This document shows, one piece after another, positions 55,261-64,000 of a stretch of DNA of 64,000 nucleotides. Position numbers and translations under genes: made by a program. Numbering within the stretch: position 1 is the stretch's first letter; each line of letters begins with the position of its first letter. The DNA lies in NCBI RefSeq assembly GCF_009914755.1, contig NC_060932.1, one strand, 5' to 3'. The notes under the pieces are model-generated. The model saw only the letters and a program-made list of their open reading frames with translations, searched no databases and had not been told where the DNA came from. Source of the DNA: the human T2T-CHM13v2.0 reference genome, Homo sapiens.

Positions 55261-56544
55261 ACCCAAAGGATACAAAAATTTACCCTATCATTAATTTTAC
55301 CCACCATCACTGCCATCCTCAGTTTCAGTAACAAAGAGTCCCATCTGCCCCAATACTGCCTGACTTAGAATCCTCCCTTGGACTCGTTCCTTTCTCTTCA
55401 CTGTTGAAACTTACTTGCTGATCTTTATTCTCAGACCTTACCTGGGCTTCCAGAAGAGGCATCATTTTCACTCAGTAAATTCATCACTCAGTCCATATAT
55501 ACTATTACTATGTGCCAGGCTGCGTGTCAGGCTCTATGGCTGGATCAAGGTTCAGTGGAGGGAAACCTGCCCTTCAGACTGCCATACCAAAGACCCTGAG
55601 CATCACAGCCATCATCATCATAGCTTAGGTACAATAGGGTAATTCCTAAATGGTGTGCTTTATCTTAAACCTGTTGGCATACATGTAGCATTTTTCTTCC
55701 ACCATATTTCCTATAATTACAATTGTGGCAAATATTTTATCAATTGGGGTATAATCATAGAAATTATCATCTGAACAGTGAATGCTATTTTATACTGAAA
55801 CTGCAGCAAATATTGTTAAAATTTGCTTTAGGCTATCTATCATCAAAATGAACTTATACCGCTAGGCTTAGATAAAATACCAAGAAATACTACTGCTAGA
55901 GGCAAACGGCAGCTAGTAGGAACCGGTCCTTTTGGAAGTTAGTCATATTGTCGGAACTACAAATAGATATTTCAGGATTCAGTAAACAATTTGGTGGATG
56001 AAAATTTGGAGAGACAATACGTGAATAGTTCATGCTGTCATTGTCGGTTCATGTTTATCTCTTGACATCCCTCAGAATTCTCTCTTTCTTTCCCAGAGAA
56101 GATAAGAAGTTCCCCATTATTCATGGCAACCAAGGGCTTGGCTCTGAATGTAACAGAGAAATGTGCAGAGAAAGCATTACTAGGCCTGGCCTCTCACTGC
56201 ATTTCAGAGCTCAGCATGTGTGTGTGTGCCATTGTGGATGGCATGACCAAGTGTGGAAAGCAGAGTAACTAAAGAAAGTCAAATTCTATATTCTGACTGT
56301 GCAGTTGCTTCAAAACATTATAGAATAATCCAGAGCTAGGGCCAAACAGTACTGCCACTTAGGGGCGGAGTGTCAAGCAGGGCACTTGAGGGACGGTGAT
56401 AGAATTCTAAATTTACAATTTTATAAACTCTTCTTGTTCCCTGTTTATGCACAATCATTTACTAATGACTATCTTAAAATATAGAGGCCATAACTGAACA
56501 GAGTACTCCAGACATGGTCTCTCCAGTATATAGAGCAGCAATCA

Positions 56545-57110
56545 CTGGAGTCAGGATTTAGATCTAATTTAGGATCCTCTGTTCAGTAGACAAGTGACTT
56601 TGGTCATATTCCTCACAATCTCTAAGTCTCAGTTCCTTTATCTGTTAAAAAAAATACACAATAACACTGACTACACAATATTATTATAAAAATTACATAA
56701 TATATGGCTACATTAAGTGTCTATCCAAGCTTTTTGTAAATTGTAAATTTCATATTATGTTACCTATGTTTTTATTAAAGTTGGTAACTTATTTACTCAA
56801 TGAGGTAAGGCCAACAACAATGCCATTTGATATTCCATTTCAGATAACATCAAAAGGCTGTTCAATTACTAATATTCCAACCTGACTTTGTTATCATCCG
56901 CCTTAACCACATAGGTGACATAATGCATAACAAAACAGAGTTTAAACTCTGGAGTCAAACACATCAGGTTCAGGACAATGTCCCAGCTACAGGACATTGG
57001 GTGGTGCTCACCTGATCCAATCCTCAAGTTTCTCATGTAAAAGATAGTCATATCACTGGTAACAACTTGGGACCTACTAAGTGTTCAATATATATTAGAT
57101 AGTATTCATA
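56545..57110 (+). mobile_element. Two MIR/MIR3 fragments (~56545-56750 and ~56920-57110)
   Basis: 'ctggagtcagga...gtgactttgg...ctctaagtctcagttccttt' and 'ctctggagtcaaacacatcaggttca'. Confidence 0.6.
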
Positions 57111-57267
57111 ACTACCTTTCAATCTTAAAAAATAATTTGTCTACATCGTGTTGCATATCTATAGTTAATTTGGCATGTATGCTGTCTCCTAGTGGTCATG
57201 TTCTTTCCAAAATGGTCATGACCCTGTGACATGTTTGGGCATGTTGGTTACTGCAGCCTAGCCTGCC

Positions 57268-57523
57268 TTTTCTTTCTTTTTTTAAGCCCAGGCTGGAGTG
57301 CAGTGGTGCAATCATGGCTCACTGCAGCCTCGACCTCCTCCCACCTCAGCCTCCTAGGTAGCTGAGAGCACACCATCATGCACAGCTAATTTTTTGTATT
57401 TTCTGTAGAGATGGGGTTTCGCCATGTTGCCCAGGTTGGTTTTGAACTCCTGAGCTCAAGCAACCCTCCTGCCTTGGCCTCCCAAACTGCTAGAATTACA
57501 GGCTTGAGCCACCAAGCCCAGCC
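57268..57523 (-). mobile_element. AluJ-like with small internal deletions
   Basis: 'atcatggctcactgcagcctcgacctc', 'cctgagctcaagc'; TSD ctagcct(g/a)cc. Confidence 0.9.
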
Positions 57524-57599
57524 CTAGCCTACCCTTAATGAATACAACCACAGATTGGTTTAATAATCTCCTCCGAGTCCCTCTTGTCCTCCTGTTATA

Positions 57600-57885
57600 A
57601 CTCTACAGATGTTGAAGTCCATCTGGCAGTCTTTCCTGATCACGCATTGCCCTATTTTATTGACTGCGCTTCAGAGCACTTGACTGCATCTACACATTCT
57701 CAACACCTCCCACTGCTGTGTGTTGTACTAATTTGGGTAGGTGTCTCTTGACAGTCTCTGAATTAGAATTCAAGCTCATAGAACTGAAACAATGTCATTC
57801 TTTAAATACCTCAATTCTACCTTGCCTATCATAGGATACGGAATAAATTTATCAACCAAATGAATACGTGAATGAATGAGTGTTC
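57600..57885 (+). mobile_element. L2 3' end
   Basis: Ends 'aataaatttatcaaccaaatgaatacgtgaatgaatga'. Confidence 0.6.
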
Positions 57886-59744
57886 CAGAATTTAGTTGGG
57901 TTACCTAAATCAATATAACCAATGTTACATTTCTAATATCTTGTCCTTAGCATTTTTCAAAAGTTTCAACTCATTCTGGATTCCCTTCTGTAGTCTGTCT
58001 TTTAAGTATAGTTTGTATCATATTTTTATTCATTTTTCCCTTCTCTTTTGGTTATATGATTTTTCTTCCTACTTTTGTATGTATATTTTAAATCTAAGGT
58101 CATCTGAGAGCTTCCTGTGCAGCTAAATGTGAATTTCCTTGGTTGTCCATGTCTTTTCTTTTCAGCTGGAATCACTTGTGGTTGTAGAGATCCACCTTTA
58201 GAACTTTCCATTCCTCTCAGATAATATGTTCTGTTGAATCTGTGCCTGGAACGCATCTGGGATGGGCTGTTGTTTGTGCTGTTGGAGAAACCCCAGCTGT
58301 TAGCACTTAGGGGTCATGGTCACTACATAATGCTCTCCAGGGCAGTGAAGTCTTCCTGAGGGAAGCAGTCCCCTGGGCATAATGTGAGCCTGGAAGGCTA
58401 CAGTTATCACCTGCTCTAGGCTCCTGGCTTTCTGCCTAAGGGAGAGGTCCACACCGCAGGAAGCTGGAACCACCCTCCACGAGCCTTGTGCTGGCCTGAA
58501 CTCATTGCCTGCTCCTCTAGCATATCCCTCTCCCTCCTGCCAACTCTGTCTGTCTAAGTCTCCCTGACAGTATCTTTTCTCTCTCTCCGTCTATGTGTGT
58601 GTGTGTGTTGGTCTGTCTGTCGTATCCCTCCTCTGTCTACCCTAGACTGCCTACCTCTACATCTCTGTCACTGTTTTCATCCTTCTCGCTTTCAACTGTT
58701 TAATATCCATACTTTTATTTCTAGGATTCTTCAAATAATATTTTCCTAACTCTCTTTGCTCTTGTGTTTCCTTCCAGAGTCTCTAGCCATGAAATCATGC
58801 CAGCCTTTTTATGAACTCTTGAACAATCTGTTATCCTAAAGTCTAGAGTGCATGTCTGACCATGCCTACTGTTTCCTTTCTTCACTGTTACGGATTCCAA
58901 CATGACTTGATTTCTCACAAGTTTAGTATAACCTTTACTCTAACAGTAAGCTCTTTCTCGTTCGTTAGAATTAAAAACAGAATAGCAACATTCCTTGTTG
59001 CTTCCCCTTCACACTAAAAGATGAAATTTTCAATAAAGAATGCCAGAGTTCTACTTTCCACAGAATGTCCTAAGAGTTGAAAAGCTTCCTCACTGTTACT
59101 TCTTGCCTCTGGGCCACTTTATATTCTGGAATAAGATCCTTCCTCTATAACTTCTACGTGGTCGGAAAGTCTGTTTTACATAATCACAATATGATCACTT
59201 GTTTCTGCTCCCTTTCTTCAGCACCTGGGTGCTATCTACCTTAAGATCATGGCTTTGTATAAACTTTATACATTTTTTCAAAAACAAGGTTACTATATTC
59301 TATTAGAGCTGTTTCCTTTGAAAGAAATCTATCTTTTGGTGTGTTATTTCAGTCATGAATTTCATACCACCAATAATTGGAGATATTCAACTTCTGGATT
59401 ATGAACTACTTTAGGTCAGCAGCCATGATATATTCATTGTTGTATTTTCAGAGTCAAGAACAGTCCTGAAACATGCTTAATGTGAATCCGTTAAACTGAA
59501 CTGATACTTATTTTAAAATTACATGTTTAATTGACTCCCACTAATGCACTGTGCATATATATGCAAACACTTGAGACCTTAAGTGAATTTCAAATATCTT
59601 CATCTCTCCTGAAAATGAGCTAATATTTCTTTCACAAGTTCTCTCTCTGTTTTGCTTCTCATGGTACATGATGTAGAGTTTTGTTGGATATTTTCTCCCC
59701 AGCTTCGTATTTTAATTTTAAAAGCTCTTGATCAACTACTAATA

Positions 59745-59990
59745 GGTCATTATTATTGAGAAGCATCAACTAGCCTAGAACAACATTAAGTATTTTATAC
59801 ATCTTATTTTTAATCCTTACATCAATCTTTCCATACAGATATTAAGTTAACTATATATATTAGAAAATTAAGACTAATAAAGGTAAAATGGCTTACTCCA
59901 GCCAACATAGCTGATAAGTAAAAGAAAGTGTTGGAGTTAGGTCTGACTGCTTCCAGAGCTTATGTATTTCTTCTTCTACTACTCTCCACT
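59745..59990 (-). mobile_element. MIR
   Basis: 'ttattgagaagcatc...ttatttttaatccttaca...aggtaaaatggcttac...ggtctgactgcttccagagc'. Confidence 0.6.
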
Positions 59991-61699
59991 GCCGCCAGGC
60001 TGACAGGTCAAACAGACACCTGCCATTATTTTAGAATACATTCAGATGTCATGAGTTTCTTATTAACTAGAATAAATAACAGATCTTGGCTCTGAAAGGG
60101 CATATTGCTACTGTGACAAAAGCTATGGTGACTCAAAATACTATACTGTTTTGGGAACAACCATGGCTGCAGCAGTGACTCTATGGTGGCTTTAAGAGCA
60201 AACTCTATAAAGAGCTACACACTTTATCCTTGTCATCAGAGACAAAGGGATAGAATAAATTAGCAGAAAGCAGCTCACCCCATTCTTGCCTGCACCCCAG
60301 CAAGAAGATAGGCAAGAATAATTCACTGTTTACTATTCTGACCTTGCCTGAACCGCTATTGCAGGGCTCTTAGCACCATGAATAGTGTCAGATTACTACT
60401 CAAGCATGCTAGAAGGACAATTTTTATTTTGATATAATTCAACCTAATAATTATTTTTACCTTCTTTCTAATCTACTAACATGACAAAAACTTAATTGTA
60501 CAGAATCATCATCTCACTTCCACCACTTGGGGTTGTGTCTAAGTTTCTAGGACATCAATAGTGCCAATAGCGGGTTGGATGGCATTATGGTCTGTCTCTT
60601 CTTCCCTGTGTGTTGGCCACACCAGCGCCTGGTGCCATGTCTATTGCCCACCTGGTCCTCTGTCATCAGTCCACATGAGTGGCAGCACAGATGTCCCCTG
60701 GAACCCGTCAGGTATGGCACTCTCTGTGGCCACCTTTTGCTACTGTTGGGCACTTGGGATTCATTCCGCTGCTTGCACAGACTCTTCAGAAAATTCTGTG
60801 AGGCTTCCAGGAAACATGATGCCAACATTTCTTCTCTGAGGTCTTGTTATTTCCCCAGGCTATACCTGAGACATAGTTACAAAACCCTTGTGCTCTTGGA
60901 TACCAAAAATATACTGGGTTGAATGTTTCTGTCAGGCTTAGCCTGGAGACATTCTGCCTTAGGAAACCACCATGTCTGGGTTGTCTTTAACCCCTGCCAG
61001 CTTCTCCCACGAGCCTGAGAAATAATTTTTTGATCCTAAGGGTCTTGGGGTGGGGGGCTCTAGGGAAGTGGATGGAAATTTGCTCTTATGTATAAACCTC
61101 TCCACTCAATTTTTGTATCCTCTCCATTACCCTAAGGGCTTGGGTTTTTGAAACTCAAAATCCAGGGAAACACTTCTTTTTCTCTGCTTTCTGCTCTCAC
61201 ATTTATCTCCTAAGGTAATAAACTGAAAATGGTCTAATTGCATGTTTAGGAGAAAAGAGCAAGTGGAAAATGGTGAGAGGGGTTGGGGGGATGGGGGATA
61301 GATGAATGTTTTCAAAATAATCTTTGTTCACACTTCACCTGCTCTGGGGCTGGAGGACCACAAGCAGAACCAGAGTAGGCAGCCCTGGATATCCCTGACC
61401 AAGAAAATCGATGAAAGCAGCGTTGGCTTGATGGCTGTGCATCGCCTCAATCCTCATAGACAAAAAAGTGCAGTGAAGCAGGCAACCAGAGGGAAGGGGC
61501 ACAAAGGAAAAGGAATTCTCTCTTTACCTACCGTGTGTCAGGCTCTGGGATTAGCAGCTTCATTAAATGTTATCTTCTTTGATTGTCATGGAGTAGGTGT
61601 TACCCCATCTACTTCGTCTTTCTTCCTTTATCAAAAGTGCTCAAGATCCAAACTTACAGTTTCAAAAACTAGCTATTTCTAAATGCCAAATACCTCTTT

Positions 61700-62215
61700 T
61701 CAATCATTTTTATTCAACTCGTGTTCATTTCGTGCCTGTTGTGTGCAAGGCATAATATGTACTTAGTTCTCAGCACGTGGATGTAAATGAGACAGATAAG
61801 GAAGAGGAAGGCTGCCTTCCCCACACTCACGGGTGAGCAAGAGCACAGGGAGGGAGGTCAGTGTCATCGTGACAGTGTAGAGTGAGGACAAGGAGGCTCA
61901 GCACAAGTGTGATAGGAGTAGGGGCATATGGGGTAAACTAAGGGCAGGTTCCAGTCTCAACCCTAAGGGTAACAAAAGCCTCTGAATGTTCTGATTTCAA
62001 TTTCTAAAACCTCACTCTGGCTGCATGCAGAAAACAGATTGGAGAACAAGTGCTTAAGGAATGATGAAGAGTCCAGAGGTCATTACAATCATCTAAGCAA
62101 GAAGTGATGGTGTTCTGATAAAGAGAAGAGATAGTGGAAAGATATCTAGGAGATCAAATAGGAATTTAATGCTTGATAGATACAGAGAAGATGGATGAGG
62201 GAGGAAGAGGAGTCT
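61700..62215 (-). mobile_element. L2 fragments
   Basis: 'attcaactcgtgttcatttcgtgcctgttgtgtgcaaggca', 'ctcactctggctgca...cattacaatcatctaagcaagaagtgatggtg'. Confidence 0.65.
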
Positions 62216-62358
62216 CTTTGGGAATCACTCCTTTGTTACATGTGTTTCTTTTCTATAAATCATGCCCTGGGCTGCATATAATCAAACAAACAATCACAGG
62301 AAGTCAGTGACTTACAGTCTAGGAAGGAAATATATTATATATATGAAAACCAACTGCT

Positions 62359-62550
62359 GGCCAGGTGCAGTGGCTCACACCTGTAATCCCAGAACTTTGG
62401 GAGGCTGAGACCAGTGGAGTGCTTGAGCCCAGGAGTTTGAGACCATCTTTGGCAACATAGTGAGACCCTGTCTCTACCAAAAATACAAAAATTAGTCAGT
62501 CTCATAAGCTGGTCTCAAAATAAGTAATAAATAAATAAATGGATTTTAAA
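62359..62550 (+). mobile_element. Short AluJ/FLAM-derived retroposon: left monomer, A-linker, short 3' segment and tail
   Basis: Alu left arm to 'aaaaatacaaaaattag', then 'tcagtctcataagctggtctcaaaa'; TSD aaaaccaa(c/t)tgct at 62346-62358 and 62551-62563. Confidence 0.88.
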
Positions 62551-62569
62551 AAAACCAATTGCTTACTTT

Positions 62570-62750
62570 TATTGACCACTTAAATTCTAAGAGCTTTGCA
62601 TTTATTAACTCATTTGATCCTTAAAACGGCTCTAGAAAGTTGATACTAGGTTAATACTCATCTTACAAATGAGGAAACTGAGAGAGAAGGAAGTAAGGTA
62701 ACCTGGGCAGGTCTCACTCCATAGTTCACACTGTTTAACCATTATGATGG
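62570..62750 (-). mobile_element. MIR
   Basis: 'ttattaactcatttgatcct...catcttacaaatgaggaaactgag'. Confidence 0.75.
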
Positions 62751-63789
62751 CATGGTTGGTGTGGTATAAAATAGGAGAGAGGTTGTTGCAGCTGGAGTCA
62801 GAGTTTGAGTAGCAGCTAGGAAACCTTCATAGGATAAGGAGCCCCTGAGTCCACCCTGGTTCCACAGGCTAGAACACTGACGTCCAAGCCAAAGAAATCA
62901 CCATTTCAGTTCACGGAACTATTGGTCTAAGCAACAGTTTTTGAGCTGTACAACTGGGACAAATAAAAGATACAGTGGTAGGAGACAGAGATTCCCAATT
63001 CAATTTACCTCTGATGGCTCTGTATGTTGGGATGAGTCACAGATCTGTGGTAATGAAAGTGCTTGAAGATTAATGAGGCTGACTACAGTAAAAGTTAGCC
63101 AGGAGCTCAATGTCTAAGTCATCTCCTTCATTATTGCTTAAGTAATACCAGAGCAAAGATGAGAAGAGGAAAATCATTTAGGTAAATGTGACTGATGAGA
63201 CAGTAGCTGTCACATTAGGTCATGTTAGTTAGTGTGCTGTTCTAAGGACTGGAAAAGTACAAGAGTAGTGAACAGTTTGCATATTCATTTTATTAGACCG
63301 TATTAGTTTACTATTTCCTGAACATTAGCAGGCGTTAGCTTTGGCTCTGTAGAACCCAATGGACACTGTGGTGCCATTTGGACAGGATTCAATTATTTAT
63401 TAAATTTCACAAATTTCTCCCCTGACAATATTAACAGCAGTGGTGTAAAATCAAGGTGCACAGAAAGAAAGAAAACTAAGATGAAAGTCTTATTCAACCT
63501 GGCTTTCTCCTCCATTGACTATTCCATCATCCTTTTCTCCTTACTGTGGTTTTATGGACTCTGCTGTTCTTTCCGCCCATTGCCTCTAAACCCATTCATT
63601 GCAGTCTAGTTCTTAATGCTTTATTGTTCTGCTATTGAAGACCACCAGGGATCTGCAAAGTTCCAGATGAAATGACCTCTCTTGGAGGTGCTTATTTGGT
63701 TTGACATAGCCTACCTGCTCCTCACCAGTTCCATGTCTCCTCAGATTCAATCGTCTCCTCAGAAGACGAGCCATGCCATTCTCTAGAAG

Positions 63790-64000
63790 GCAGCCCCAGG
63801 TTCCTGTGGGCCCTGGGCACTTCTACTTTCTCTGGCCCCTTCTTTCACAAAAATATTTTAAAATTATATTTTACAATTGTGTGAGTATAAAGACAATTAT
63901 TATATATTAAGCCATTTGTTTCAACCTAAGAGTTTTCACTTTTCTTCAGATTTTAGAATACATTAAAGCCTCTTTATGGTCCTGTAGTATCCTGAGCCCT
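63790..64000. mobile_element. ORSL-like hAT element, second related copy; runs off the window end
   Basis: 'gggccctgggcac...aattatattttacaattgtgt...tataaag' matches the core at 39427-39510. Confidence 0.7.

Noticed and set aside
60547-61682. Overlapping 92-126 aa ORFs in unique sequence
   Set aside because: No recognisable domain, several non-ATG starts and no supporting exon structure; lengths are compatible with chance.

Overview
Primate genomic DNA, most likely human or another hominoid, judged from AluY/AluS/AluJ and L1PA-type LINE-1. It is AT-rich, CpG-poor and dominated by interspersed repeats: several L1 fragments, ten Alu-derived elements, MaLR/ERV solo LTRs, MIR, L2, CR1/L3 and hAT relics. 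I find no credible protein-coding exon, RNA gene, CpG island or intact transposon. Every ORF with a recognisable protein is a broken L1 ORF2 piece or an Alu read-through. I see no evidence of a new biological system. The best second-look items are modest: a ~140-bp non-TE direct duplication, a CTCF-like motif that reads on both strands, transcription-factor motif clusters in unique sequence, a compact hairpin, a possible LTR-driven minus-strand non-coding transcript, an L1 lacking its RT region, inverted repeat pairs and nested insertions. Repeat subfamily names come from my recollection of consensus sequences and need RepeatMasker/Dfam confirmation. Boundaries without TSDs are approximate.
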